64,000 bases of DNA from the human T2T-CHM13v2.0 reference genome, Homo sapiens. The translations under genes and the position numbers were made by a program. The stretch lies in NCBI RefSeq assembly GCF_009914755.1, contig NC_060932.1; one strand, written 5' to 3'. The notes under the pieces are model-generated. The model saw only the letters and a list, made by a program, of their open reading frames with translations, made no database searches and was not told the DNA's origin. Shown one piece after another: positions 12,521 to 26,512 of the stretch (position 1 is the first letter of the stretch; every line of letters starts with the position of its first letter).

Positions 12521-14025
12521 ATAGTAGACTTTGCCTCAAAAGCCCCAGTTCTTTCAATCTAAATAAGAAAATAATGCAAAATACGCCAAAGGCTTTAAGA
12601 CCCTGTTCATCCTAAGGCAACGTAACAGTTCACAAATAAAGGAATAGCTAAGTTAATTGAGGCCCGTTAACTTACTAGCATATTGTGCTACCATTAGGAT
12701 GGATGGCCAGGAAGCTCCTTCAGAGGCTTGGTAAGAGAAAACCTGGAGGGACTGGAGGGGCAGAGCTGGGACGGGGCCTCCTCGAGGGGCTACGGTGCTG
12801 GGGAGGGCTGTTTCCTGATCTGGGTGTGGGTTACAGGGGTCTCGGCATTTTGTGAGAATTCAAGGAGCTGTGACATTATGTTTTATGTACTTTTCTATAT
12901 GTATGCTATACATCAAAAAACATTGACTACAGTTTTAAATAAATTAAAAAATTATGGATCCATATTGGCAACTATGTAAAGACACACACTGAAGGGAAAG
13001 ATGGAAAGGAACCTCCCACTGTCTACCAGAGATGGCTTAGGTGACGTCCCCGAGGCCACCACAGTGACATCCCCCCCAGGCTGCCATGGAGATGTCCCCA
13101 CAAGGACTTGGGCTGACACCACAGTGTCCCCGTTGCTGGGAGGGGCAGGCAGTGGTGTCCATGGTGGCAGTGCAGGTAGATACACCATGGGTTTGCCCCA
13201 GGAGAGGACCCCCCGAGTGGCTGCTGTCCCCCCAGCAGGAACCTGAGGCGGGAACACCTGCCAAGCTGGAGACAGCGGGTCACAATGGCTTTGCTTGCGG
13301 TGACCAAATCCTCTCAGGCTGGACGCCAGCCCCCTGGGGAGTTGCGCCCTGGTGCTCACTTGGGCACTTTAATTATCTTTAGTAACAAATTCCCTTCAGC
13401 CCAGCTCACTACAGAAAGCCGTGGAGAACAACAAAAAGGAAAACCAACCCCGAGTGGTCTCTGCCGAGCCCAGATGCACGACGGGACCTCAGGCCAAGCC
13501 CACACCAAGTCGGCCCCAAGGGACTAGGAAGAGCAGCCGCGTTTGATTTTGTTCTTCAGCTTCGCCTTTCTAACAGCAAGGACTTGGCTGTCTCTAGACA
13601 GGAGACAGACGCTGTCCAACTTATTCTAAAATTCTCTTTCACTCTTACGCTCAGACGCCCTCATGCCACAGGCAGGTTGTAAGCAAATCCAACACGGCAG
13701 ATAGTAATTAAGCCTGCAGAGAGGATTTCTGTACGTCAGCACACCCAGGAGCGTATGTAATAGGAGTCTCACTCGTTTTTGTTTGCCCGTCTCTCACATA
13801 GACTTACGTTCTTACCTACGTGTGCGTTTCGTGTTCTGGACGATGGTGCACCAGCACCTGCCCTTGCAGGAGCTCCTCTTTTCTTCTTTGCTGTGGTCAG
13901 TTGCTGGGACCCAGGGGCCGAGTGGATCACGCAGCAACCTTCATCACGGGGGATCATTCTGGGGGCATGTGTGGCCTTTTCTCTGGCTTGCTCACTCCTT
14001 ATCTGTATTCATTCTGTCCTCTGCA

Positions 14026-14072
14026 TTCCTTCCTTCCTTCCTTCCTTCCTTCCTTCCTTCCTTCTTTCCTTC
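14026..14072. repeat. (TTCC)n microsatellite
   Basis: Direct reading. Confidence 0.95.
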
Positions 14073-15134
14073 CTCTGTGCCCCACTTCCATTCCACTCCT
14101 CTCTCATGCACAGTCACACACGGTAGACAGTGTATTATTTAAATACATCTGCAGAATTTCTATTGTTGTATGTGCCTCATTTTTAACTCACGACCACGTT
14201 TTTCATGACACATCCTTTCCTGTCTTACTTTTCCCTCCACACACGCAGGTGCAGAGACCGCCCATCCACTATGCTGTTCTCGCAGTTACACCCAATCGCA
14301 ACAGGTCCCTCCCCCTGCCCAGGTGGACACCAGGGGCTCCCTCTTCAGCCTCCGCAGATGCTGCTGCAGGGCTGTCTCTGTGCCTGCAGACTCATGGCCT
14401 CAAGACTTCCCCAAATCAGGCTGTAGACCTGCCCGCCAGGTCTGAACTGCCTGTGACCACAGCCATTCCCAGGTCTTCTCCGAATGGCCTCGCTGCTGGC
14501 ACGGTCCTCGAGGGACATGCCCCTCATCCCCACAGCATCTTCTAAACTCCCCCGCTTCCTTCTTTTTCTGTTTTCCCCTACAAGCCTCCCGTCTGGGTGC
14601 TCAGTGCCAGCAGCTGGATCCCCCCTGCAAAGCTGCTCCTCCCCTTCGAAATCTGCAAGTCACCTGTGGGGTAAGGTGAGGCTTCGGGACTCTCCCCTTC
14701 CCCAAAATATCTGACCCAGTGATTTTAACATCCGGATCGTCCTTGTTGGGTTTGGTTATTATTCCCTTGGGGACGACAAAGCACTTTGCTAATTCTGTCA
14801 TCTCTATGTTTGTTTGCCCCACTTTTTTGTGAGAAGTAGAGCTTTCTCCTCCTGACCTTCCCCACCTGTGCTCTGGTGCTATGGACCATGCACCATGGAT
14901 TACACTGCCCTTTGTAATGCGTCATCCTCCATTAACGATCTTGTTCGCATTGAGGCTGAAATCAGCCAGGGCTTGCCCCTGGGACCCTGTCACTCTGACA
15001 AGTGTGGAATTTTGGGGCTTACTTGCCTCTGGGAATAAAGGACATCCCCACTCACGCTGTGTCTTTCCTGCTGCAGGTCTGGGAAGAACATTTCTACAAG
15101 GGGCCTCAGCTAGTGTTGTGCCAAACGGTGCACA

Positions 15135-15490
15135 GCAGTGGTTCCCAGACTCCCAGCCTCAGGACTCCCTCACTCTGAAGAGCCCCCGGGGAGCCCCCCA
15201 GCATGCTCCAGCCTAGAAAACAAAGCAGAAACTTAAACATTATGGATTAATTCATTTAAGATAAACAATACACTCCTTATATGTTAACCTAAATAATGCA
15301 TTTTAGTGCAAAATAATTTTTAAGAGCAAACAATTTTACTATTACTTAGCAAATGTTTAATAGATTGGGGAAGAGGGGAGTAAGTTAATAGCTTTCTCAA
15401 ATAAATATGGATTTTTTTATACAACAGCAAAACTCAACAAACTGTAGTTTCTTAAAGGTTGGTTGCAATGTGGAATATGAAACTGTAACA
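15135..15490. mobile_element. hAT-Charlie (Charlie1-like) DNA transposon fragment
   Basis: CAGTGGTTCCC terminus and GTAGTTTCTTAAAGGTTGGTTGCAATGTGGAAT motif. Confidence 0.6.
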
Positions 15491-15507
15491 ATAATGGTGA
15501 TAGATAC

Positions 15508-15909
15508 TGCAAGAGCTGAAGAAGAAAGAAACACGAAAAGCAGCTCAACAGTCTAAGACAGGTTTATTTTGGAGAATAAACCTGAGAGGGGCTTCTGCCC
15601 GATTTCGGTCAGGAGCCTTTTCTCTTGGAGACTAAGGGTATTTAAGAGTTCCGGGAAGGGGAGCTTATTGCAGGCTAGGAATGTTTCTGTGTGGAGGAGA
15701 GTCTTATTGCAGGACTGGAGTGTCTCTGGTCGGAGGGGAGGTTATCTCGGGGTTGGCATGTCTCTGGTCAGAGGTTTCATTTGTGATTTAAGGTCACACT
15801 GACATTAGCCATTAGGCTGATGTTTTGGGGCTGGATTTAGGCAGTTTTGAATCAAGTAGAACTCACAGGGGCGATGCTTGTCTAAGATGATGATGCTCCT
15901 GCTCCGTCA
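15508..15909 (-). mobile_element. ERV1 LTR, MER61 family
   Basis: Minus strand starts TGACGGAGCAGGAGCATC, contains GCCCCTCTCAGGTTTATTCTCCAAAATAAACCTGTCT and ends CTCTTGCA. Confidence 0.85.
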
Positions 15910-16330
15910 GTCCAGACTGGTGCCATTGTCTCCCTGATGGTAAATCTAGTATGGGTCTCTGTGGGGAAATGCATCATTGGCCACTGGATTTTGTACAGGG
16001 GCTTGATTATGGAGTTCATCTGCGTGGGTTTCAGCTGAACGCCAGGGGCGCCCTTTTCATCAGGAGTGAGGGTGGAGATTAGAATGATATAAATGTCATG
16101 CCATGTTAAATTAAAGGACTGAGTAATGTGCAGGAATTCCTTGCGATAATGAGAGGGATTTTCAGAGGAAGATCCCAGATGCTGTTGGATCTGCGACAAA
16201 TCAGACGTAGTGAAAGGGCCATGAACACGAGCACTGCCTTCAACCCCAGCCACTCCCAGAAGAGGAAGAATGGCAGAGGTGGTTTGACTGGCTGGCGTTT
16301 CCTTTGCCTTTAATGTCCAAATACAAGGCT
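15910..16330 (-). mobile_element. ERV1 gag (capsid p30-like) remnant
   Basis: PLLGVAGVEGSARVHGPFTTSDLSQIQQHLGSSSENPSHYRKEFLHITQSFNLTWHDIYIILISTLTPDEK, then after a frameshift WRSAETHADELHNQAP...DPY*. Confidence 0.85.
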
Positions 16331-16900
16331 GGGCCCACCAGCCCCCAAGGGGCATCCAGGAGGGGCCCCACCTGATCCCCACGGACCACGTTTGAGAGAG
16401 AGGCTGGCACGGCCCCTTTCTAGAGGCCATTCTTAGCTCCGGCTGCTGCTGCCCTTCTTCGTGCCCAAGTGGCCTCTGGCTGGGCCCCAGTCTTTGGCTT
16501 CCAGGGCTTCGGCTGCAGCTGGACTGTGGTTCCTGGACTTCCTCACCCACCCTCACCACAGGAACAGGAGGGCCCAGCCTGGCCCCTTGCTTGCCCCTCC
16601 CCTTCTCATTTGCCCCCAGGTGACTGGGGAGAGGGGCTGGTTCCCTGCAGGAAGAAGACTGCCAGCCTGGCCTCCACTGGGCCTCCCGGGAGGTGGGTTA
16701 CTATGAGCCCTGTGGGGTGGTCAGGCCAGAGCCCCGGAAGCGGGTGGAGACACAAGGCCCCGAGTCCAGTCCAGTGTAAAGCAGGGGCTTCGACCTCCCT
16801 GAACACCTGGCACTGTGGGCCAAACCCCTCTTCCCAAACCCCTCATCCCATCCCCGAGGCACAGTTCTCTCCTGTTCCTCTCCTCAAATTATTCCTCCTG

Positions 16901-17210
16901 TGTCATGGGCTGAACTATCCGCGGCCCACGTCCATGTTGATCCTGGCCCCCGATGTGGCTGCATTTGGAGACAAGACCTTAGGGAGGTGACCAGGCCTCA
17001 ATGAGATCATCAGGGTGGTCCTGACCCAATCGGACAAGAGGAGGACAAGACCCTAGAGATGCCCCTGGTACAAACAAAGGCCACAAGAGGACTCAGGGAG
17101 AAGGTGTCGTCCACAGCCTCAGGGCAAGGCCTCGATCGGGGACTCCACCTGCAGGACATGAGGATGCCAGGCTGTGGGCTTTGCTTATCCTGCTATGGGG
17201 CCCGAGCTGG
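16901..17210 (+). mobile_element. MaLR LTR (MLT1-like), degraded
   Basis: TGTCATGGGCTGAACT...GATGTGGCTGCATTTGGAGACAAG...AATGAGATCATCAGGGTGG. Confidence 0.55.
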
Positions 17211-17341
17211 CTCCTCCCGAATTCCTCCCTGGCCGTCCTTCCTCTGCCTTTCCTTCACTTGCTCTGCGACCCAGGGGCCCTTACCAGGCTCTGGATTTCA
17301 GGAGCTGGGACTCCATCATCTCATCTTGGTAGGGTCCCCAC

Positions 17342-18261
17342 ATCTCCGGTGTGCACTGAGCATCCTGGGGAGGGGGTGACCATCGAGATCTCCGGTGTGC
17401 ACTGAGCATCCTGGGGAGGGGGTGACCATCGAGATCTCCAGTGTGCACTGAGCATCCTGGGGAGGGGGTGACCATCGAGATCTCCGGTGTGCACTGACCA
17501 TCCTGGGGAGGGGGTGACCATCGAGATCTCCGGTGTGCACTGACCATCCTGGGGAGGGGGTGACCATCGAGATCTCCGGTGTGCACTGAGCATCCTGGGG
17601 AGGGGGTGACCATCGAGATCTCCGGTGTGCACTGAGCATCCTGGGGAGGGGGTGACCATCGAGATCTCCAGGGTGCACTGACCATCCTGGGGAGGGGGTG
17701 ACCATCGAGATCTCCGGTGTGCACTGAGCATCCTGGGGAGGGGGTGACCATCGAGATCTCCGGTGTGCACTGACCATCCTGGGGAGGGGGTGACCATCGA
17801 GATCTCCGGTGTGCACTGACCATCCTGGGGAGGGGGTGACCATCGAGATCTCCGGTGTGCACTGAGCATCCTGGGGAGGGGGTGACCATCGAGATCTCCG
17901 GTGTGCACTGAGCATCCTGGGGAGGGGGTGACCATCGAGATCTCCGGTGTGCACTGAGCATCCTGGGGAGGGGGTGACCATCGAGATCTCCGGTGTGCAC
18001 TGAGCATCCTGGGGAGGGGGTGACCATCGAGATCTCCGGTGTGCACTGACCATCCTGGGGAGGGGGTGACCATCGAGATCTCCGGTGTGCACTGACCATC
18101 CTGGGGAGGGGGTGACCATCGAGATCTCCGGTGTGCACTGACCATCCTGGGGAGGGGGTGACCATCGAGATCTCCGGTGTGCACTGACCATCCTGGGGAG
18201 GGGGTGACCATCGAGATCTCCGGTGTGCACTGACCATCCTGGGGAGGGGGTGACCATCGAG
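17342..18261. repeat. VNTR, 46-bp unit, about 20 copies
   Basis: ATCTCCGGTGTGCACTGA(G/C)CATCCTGGGGAGGGGGTGACCATCGAG. Confidence 0.98.
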
Positions 18262-18799
18262 GCTTCCACTGGCAGGCTGCTCCCTGTCTGTCCGTCTCCC
18301 TTCCTTTGTGTCCTCATTCAATCCCTTACAAGGATCCTGGCCTCAAGCCCCCCAAGGGAAGGGGGCAGCCCCTCATCAACTCACTGTGCCAGATACAGCT
18401 GCAGTGGAACAGAGGCCTGTGCTGAGGCAACGAGGTGGGGCTGAGCTCCCGAAGGCAGGGCCTTCCCCGACTCTCCCCCTGGCCCCTGCCCGGGGTCATG
18501 GCTGAGCTCCCGAAGGCAGGGCCTTCCCCGACTCTCCCCCTGGCCCCTGCCCAGTGTCATGGCCTCCCCTCCAGCATGTGCTCATGTTCACACACACCTG
18601 GGGCCATCACCTGTGATGAGGCTTGGCAGTTGTTATTGTAATATTTGACTTTTAACAACAGGCAGATTACCTGGGCAGGCCTGATGGAGTCAAATGACAT
18701 CTTTAAAAAGAGGTTCTCCATACCAGAAGATTCTTCTGCCACCCTGAGGTCGGCTGCCAGGTTGGAGGGGCCACGGGGCTGGGACTTGGTGCCTTGAGG

Positions 18800-19005
18800 T
18801 GTGGCAGCGGCCACAGCATCAGCCAGCAAGGACACGGAGCCTCTGTCCTGCGGCCACACGAACAGCATTCTGCTGGCGGCCCGTGAGTCCCCACACAGAG
18901 GTCCCAGCCCGGGCTGTACTGAATCCCCACCCAAAGACACTGCGAGGCGGCAAATGGTGTCGTTTCAAGCCACTATGCCTGTGGTCATTTGTTATGCAGA
19001 AGAAG
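18800..19005 (+). mobile_element. MaLR LTR 3' fragment (MLT1-like)
   Basis: GTGTCGTTTCAAGCCACTATG..TGTGGTCATTTGTTATGCAG. Confidence 0.5.
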
Positions 19006-20229
19006 AAAATTAATTTTTTTTACAATAAAAATTTTGGAATTCAGTTTCCTCCATCCCTGGCCCTGGCCCAAACTGGGAGGGAGCAAGAGATGAAAGAATG
19101 GCTGGGACACAGCCTGCCTGGGCAGCCTCAGGACAGCGCTAAGATCCGCAGCTTTCGAGCTGCTTCCACCTGTGCTCCCTGTCTCGTTGCCGGCCATGAG
19201 CTATATGGGACTGCTCTCCTGGGTGGTTCTCGGGCAGGCTCCGGGTTCCTGGGATACCTGCTCCTCCGCTGGGTCCTGGGCGGTTCTCAGGCTAGCTCCG
19301 GGTTCCTGGGATACCTGCTCCTCCGCCAGGCACTGTGACCTTGGCTCGCTCTCAGCCTTCAGGATTCACGCAGTGGACCAAAGCCCTAAGTAACCTGGTA
19401 GGGAACTCACTGCACCACAGTATCCTGTTGAATAAGTTTTGAGGAATTTCTGACCCCTTCAAAGCTGTACCCAATATTGGTGCGAGGCGGGGCAGATGCA
19501 TGCACATTTCTTATTTTGGAGCGGGTGGAACACATTCCTGCGATTCTCTGAAGAGCCCCGGGATGAGAGGACATGTCACCTGGAGAGCGCTCGGGGCAAG
19601 AGCTGCACAAAAAAGCAAAGCCCAGAACTGACCCTGTGGGCCCTGGAGTCTCCTGAACCCACCACAGTTCTGCCCTGGAGCCTGGCGGCAGCTGGGCCTG
19701 GGAAACAAATTAGAGACCGGCTTGTGCAAGCCCTCTCTTCTCAGGCTCTGCAGACACAGGCGGAGGTCCCAGGGTGCAAGCAGTACTGACAGGCTCAGAT
19801 ATTCTGTGTTTTTTTCCTTCTAGGCACAACTGTCTTAATATTGGCAACCTGACAATTCCTCATGCTCCTGACTGTTTCCTTCTCTGCCTGTCTTAATTGA
19901 CGTGGTTTACAGAAAATAAATTACATGAACTGAATATTTTGCACTATTGTAGAAGATAAATTGATCTAATTATTATCTAACTTCAAACACAGTGGAATAA
20001 ACAGATTATCATATCTATGCTGACATATTAGAGACAAGATTTATTTGCTTTTGTTTTGTAGAAGATGCATTTTCCTTTTTGGAATCAGAATGATACACAA
20101 AACGAATTAACCCTGAGCATCCCACCTGCTCGACTGTACCTCTATTCCTCAATATTCTCAGGGTCAGGAAAGTGAATGCAGAAGGTTTCGCAAAGTAAAG
20201 CCCCACAGGATCACAGAAGCAAGAAGGGA

Positions 20230-20570
20230 GTCTACAGGAATTCTGTGGAACCCAGGAAACGGCCACACGTGACCCACCACCCCCCGCAGTGGCAGGGATT
20301 CTGTGGAACCTACAGGGATTCTGTGGAACCCAGGAAAAGGCCACACATGACCCACCACCCCTGCAATGGCAGGTATTCTGTGGAACCTACAGGGACCCAG
20401 GAAAAGGCCACACATGACCCACCAGCCCTGCAATGGCAGGGATTCTGTGGAACCTACAGGGATTCTGTGGAACCCAGGAAATGGCCACATGTGAACCACC
20501 ATCCCCTGCAAGGGCAGGGATTCTGTGCAACCCAGGAAAAGGCTACACATGACCCACCACCCCTGCAATG
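20230..20570. repeat. Composite minisatellite
   Basis: Modules GGGATTCTGTGGAACC(TACA|CAGGAAAAGGCCACACATGACCCACC). Confidence 0.85.
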
Positions 20571-20721
20571 GTGCATTCACTTGCAGGGGATGGAGAAGGT
20601 GGAGATGGTTCATCATTAAAAGACACAAATGGGACGTTAAGAATAGTAAAATTATGAGTCTGCCAATATTGAATTTATTTTCATATTTGCAAAGCATGTG
20701 CTATTAATTAAGAAGCATTTA

Positions 20722-21033
<312 letters not shown>

Positions 21034-21649
21034 AGAAGCATTTAAACGGGAGGTTTGCAGGCTGGTGCCTCTGAGATCCCAGGTTCCACAAGGCCATGGA
21101 GGTTCTCGATGGGGGCAGGAGTCCGGCTTGGACACCACTGCAGCACAGGTTCTTACTGTGGGAAGAGCGGCTCCTGGCCACTCCCACGCCTCACAATGAC
21201 TTCGGAGTTAGGGGAAGAGAAGGGAGGGCAGGGGCGGGCAGGGCACCCTGCAGACAACCACAGCTCCCCTGATGCCAAAAGACGGTGAAGCAGCGGCGCC
21301 TGCAGCTCCTGCCTCATGTGTGGCCTCCTGGGAACACCCTGTCTGGAGCAGCCTGCGTCCTGTCCTCGGGTGACGCTGGGAAGAGTGGCGTCCGCTGCCA
21401 CATGCCTGTGCTCCAGGGCCTACAACCTGCATCAAGACGGGGACACTGCAAGGCCACCAGATCCAAGGGGACTATTTCCAGAGCCAGAAACATCCCTGTT
21501 TCACCTGCTTCCAGAAGGTTCCAACATGTAGAAGAGACGTCTCTTAGGGACCTGGAGGGAAGTGGCAGGACAGGGGCCGGCGGGGACGCCAAGGCTTCCT
21601 TCCCCTCCCTCCATGCTGCCCATCTGAGCATCAGCTTTGGGCAGGGGTG

Positions 21650-22413
<764 letters not shown>

Positions 22414-22554
22414 TGACTGATGCTTTTAACACTTAGTAATACCAAGAACTGACGACTGCTTCTATGACAGAAAAGAAAATCGAAACAGGAAAAACAGGTA
22501 CCTGATATGATTCACAAAGTAGAGAAGAGAAAAAAAACTCAACTATATTCAAAC

Positions 22555-22957
22555 TACTTAAACTAGAACATTTTAATACCCAGAAAGCATTCTTAAAGCA
22601 GAGACTTTCAGATACAAGGTGATTCAAAACTTCATAAAAATATATGAGCTTCAAACTATACATTTAACTTAACAGAATGTCCATTTTCAATTTTTACAAT
22701 AAGTAGAGAAACAGAATCAAGTTTTATGTAGTAATTCAAGATATATATAATTGCAAATAAGTGAAAAATTTCCATTTTACCCCAATTTCTCATCTGAAGC
22801 CTCAGATGGCATCTTGCCCACCAGGAACAAACACGTGAATAAATAATATGGCATAAATGTCTTTCAAGTTCCCAGAGAACTAACTCTAAGCCCATCTCAC
22901 ATTTGTCTTTTAAGTTTTTTTGTTAAAGAGGAGCTGTTCTTAAAGAGATATTCCATT
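22555..22957 (-). other. ERICH1: ERICH1 3' UTR (approximate 3' end)
   Basis: AT-rich sequence after the stop, ending near an ATTAAA hexamer with a U/GU-rich element beyond it. Confidence 0.75.
22572..22577 (-). terminator. Poly(A) signal ATTAAA
   Basis: TTTAAT on the + strand. Downstream on the minus strand lies GTAGTTTGAATATAGTTGAGTTTTTTTTCTC (GU/U-rich). Confidence 0.7.
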
Positions 22958-23031
22958 TTAGTCACTGCTCTTCTCAGGAAGGATATGTGTGATCCAGTAA
23001 CTAAAGAAAGCTGAGATTACTCTGGCATGGT
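22958..23031 (-). CDS. ERICH1: ERICH1 terminal coding exon (74 nt CDS to TAA)
   Basis: Long T-rich tract then TTTCTAG|ACCATG. Encodes DHARVISAFFSYWITHILPEKSSD*, in frame with the previous exon. Confidence 0.95.
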
Positions 23032-23590
23032 CTAGAAAGCAAAAAACACAAAACAAAAAATAAAACAAAGACAAAAAGAAAAATCATAAGTTATTATTAT
23101 GTAGACACGAGCCTTTGGGCCCAAAGTGAACTCCCAAATAATCTAATAAAATGCAACTTTGGCATGAAACTGATGTTGAAAGTGACACATTATACTTCTT
23201 AATCACACATTACATAATCAGTATGGCAACACAGTGGCTCAATTCTGAATATTTGTATTTCACTGGGGTGTGAACCCTTGGTTCACTGGCTCTATTACAC
23301 CTTAACTTCAAAACATCACATTGCAATATTATAGGCTTAACATCAGACCTGGAAGAAAACCCACATATAAACCGAAATGAAAATGAAATAGAAGTTTATC
23401 TCAAGGGTGAGCAAGTAGAAAAAAGCCAGAAGTGGAGCCGTAAGTGAGACAACACAGGACCATGTGGTGCCTACGTCATGAAACCAGGGCAGTGGCAGCG
23501 CCGGCCAAAGGCAGCCAAGACACCACAATCGCGATGCCACAATCGCCCCTGATGTCACCACCAACCCTCAGAGCTTCACGGCAGGGACAT

Positions 23591-23704
23591 GGCTCCGACC
23601 TCTGAGCCCACTGGTCCCCGGCTCCGACCTCTGAGCCCACTGGTCCCCGGCTCCAACCTCTGAGCCCGCCGGCCCTGGCTCTAACGTCTGTGCTCACCGG
23701 GCTC
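23591..23704. repeat. Short copy of the minisatellite found at 29090-30285
   Basis: GGCTCCGACCTCTGAGCCCACTGGTCCCC and GGCTCTAACGTCTGTGCTCAC units. Confidence 0.85.
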
Positions 23705-25229
23705 ACGGGTGGACACTGGCTGCCAGTGAAGGCCCTCCCCAAGGTCAGGTTTTACAACTTGTCCGGGCACCAAATGTTGCACCTGGAATCTACTGCTTCT
23801 GAAGTTTCCAACCACAGAGAGCCAAGCCACAGACAACAGAAGCCTCATTCACACTCCCCCCAGGCAGGCTCCATCCCGCCCAGGGGCAAGTTGCCTGAGC
23901 TCTAGAAAGCCCCAACAGTCAGGATGATAAAAATCTAATTCCCATACAGAGGGTTAGAGGAGGTTGATGTTCGGAAATCCTCAGCCCTTCTCAGTGCACG
24001 GTGGGAGGAACACTCAGGGAATGGCAGCTACTACTGATAAAGAGTACGTGTAATAAAACGTCACAGAAGTGGGAGAGCTTGGCCCTAATGCTGGCATCGC
24101 AGCTGAATGCAGCCCCCATGACTGAGGAAAAGTAACTGCTGAGCCAGAGGAGAGGCAGAGGAGACGTGACCAGCAGAAAACACCCACACCTGCTTCTCAA
24201 ATGTGATCTCTGTGCTCATCCTACAGAGGTGAGAGACACAGTGACTCATTAAACTCCTAAGCTAGTTTTACGGAAAAAACCCTTAATTTCAAAAACTCGT
24301 ATAGGCCAAGTCTGCATTAAACAAATACAACGTGTGAAAATGAAGCTTCATTGTTTGTAAAATTTTATTTCATAAAATAGCTTGACACAGAAAACCTTTA
24401 AGCACATATCCTACAGAACTCAAAGGAGTCCTTTCTTAGAGAAAACAGGTTCCTACACACAGTTTAGTTCTATCAGTGGCTTAACATAAATGTCTGTGTA
24501 CACAAAACCTGTCTGATGATTTTAATATAAGAAACCAATTGTTTTAATAATGGGGGGTTCTGGTAAATTCCCCACAACTGCCAAAACTCTTTTGGTGAAT
24601 TTCAGAAAAGCCTCAAGTGTGAGAAACAGAGCAAAAATTAAAAAAATTAAAAAGTTAAAATCGCTTACTTTCATCTCTCATAAAAATCTCCTATCAGTTT
24701 AACATAATAAAATCAGCTTTTTTTTGCGGTTTGAGATAAATCTGATTATGGAAATCTAAGTTTGTTAAGTACTTGCTGTAAGAGGCCTGACAACCCACCA
24801 GAAACAGATGCCCGCCTGGGGCCAACGCCGCCCTCTCCGCACACACAGGTGCCTTCTCAGGAGCACTGCCACCTTCCTGCTGGGGCCCCTCCTCTCTCTT
24901 CCGTCGCCCGCGGGCCCTGCTTCCTCCTCCAGTGTCGTTTCTCATGGTCCCTGGTCACGCTCCTGGTGGGCATCTGTACTCACTGTCCCTGATCTCTCTC
25001 CTCCCTGCACTCCGGGCCTCATGGCCCTCTTGAGCCTCAGCTGGAACCTGAGGTCTGACTGGCACCTGCATAGCTGCCCAGCACTGCGCTCTGGGCAGGG
25101 CCTCTCACCTCAAACCCTATCTTTCTGGGAGCCCCTCCTCCTCCTCGCGGTGACCTGGTCCTCCCAGTGCCTCACCGGCCACTCGGCAGCTCCCACTGGT
25201 TCTACCTCCATGGTCCACCTGGACGTTGG

Positions 25230-25410
25230 CTACAGCTGCCTAACCTGTGGCTGCACCTTGGTCCACGCTGCAGGCCCCTCTCAGCAGGTCCTCAGCAACC
25301 CCAACCTGGTCCATGCTGCAAGTACCTCTTGGCAAATCCTCAGCCGCCCCCACCTGGTCCACGCTGCAGGTATCTCTCAGCAGGTCCTCAGCAGCCCCAG
25401 ACTGGTCTCC
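25230..25410. repeat. Diverged tandem repeat, about 54 bp x3
   Basis: CCTGGTCCACGCTGCAGG..TCTCAGCAGGTCCTCAGC. Confidence 0.7.
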
Positions 25411-26366
25411 ATTCTCTATCTCCTCCATCCAGCCTCAAGATAACAGCCCAGAAGCCTCATAGCTTCCAGGAACCTCCTGTCTCTGTCTGCGTAGAAGCCC
25501 ACAAGGCTCACATGCCCGGGGTCCCATGTGCCTGGTCCTGTCACCTTTCCCCCTTCTGAGACTCACTCAATGCCTCTCGCCCTGTCACGTGCATCCCCTG
25601 GTCCAGCCACCGGGCTCCTCCCATGTGCCTGGCCCTGTCACCTCTTCACCTTCTCCACCTTCTGCAACTCACATCCATCCCCTGGTCCAGCCACCGGGCT
25701 CCTCGCAGCTCCCAAACACATGGGTTCACCCATCTCAGCGCATGCGCACTTGGCTGCAACAACACCCTCCTCTTCCCGCTCCTCCACAGCCTCATCTCCA
25801 GGATCTATCTGCAGCTCTATGACGCATCTCACCGAGTATCTGGCTTCTTTTCCAGCTCCTCAGCTAGGGAGCAAGCGCCCCAGGGTGGGGTCCCCACCAG
25901 CCTTCCCCAGTGGTAGGCTCCACAGCCCACAGCACCATGCAGGGCAACACAAAGCCAACAGCTCCTTGACGGATGAGGGCGTTCTGCATGAAGGCAGCTC
26001 CTCCAGCACCCATATGCTCTGCACGCTGTGACTCCAGCCTTGTGGTCCCTGCAGCCCCCGGCTCCCTGCACCGGTGCCACGGCATCATCATACCGTGGTT
26101 ATGTAACTGTTTGCTACCTGGCTTCTCTAACATGCTGGTCTTGACCCCTCAGCAATGTGGTTTCTACGGACAGAAACCACTCCCGACACTTACTCTGAAA
26201 CTCCCTCCACAAAATCTGCAGAGCCTCCTTCACTCCTTCCCTGGGACGGGTGCCACGGACCCACCTTCACTCCTCCTCTGGGATAGGTGCCACTGACGGG
26301 TGCCACGGACCCTCCTCCACTCCTCCTCTGGGACGCCAGCCCTGGGCCAGGTGGGCTGCTCTGCAC

Positions 26367-26512
26367 TCAGTGGTGTGCAGGTGAATGGCTCAACAGCCTG
26401 AATTTCTGATTTTCAGCATTTGCAGGTTTCTGTGGCCTGAATACCCTCACCACAGCTTGTGTCACCGCACACGGCATTGGGAAGACATGAGCACAGCTGC
26501 TCCAGCACACAA
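26367..26512. mobile_element. MER63-like (hAT) DNA element
   Basis: CAGTGGTGTGCAGG ... CTCCAGCACAC inverted termini. Confidence 0.55.

Noticed and set aside
15750-15770. p53 response element in the MER61 LTR
   Set aside because: Only one imperfect half-site (AGACATGCCA) is visible.
17281-18321. Three overlapping ORFs of about 300-350 aa
   Set aside because: They are products of the stop-free 46-bp VNTR, cycling through the same three peptides.
24364-24369. Intronic AATAAA (minus strand) as an alternative ERICH1 3' end
   Set aside because: A hexamer alone in AT-rich DNA is insufficient, and no linked terminal exon was identified.
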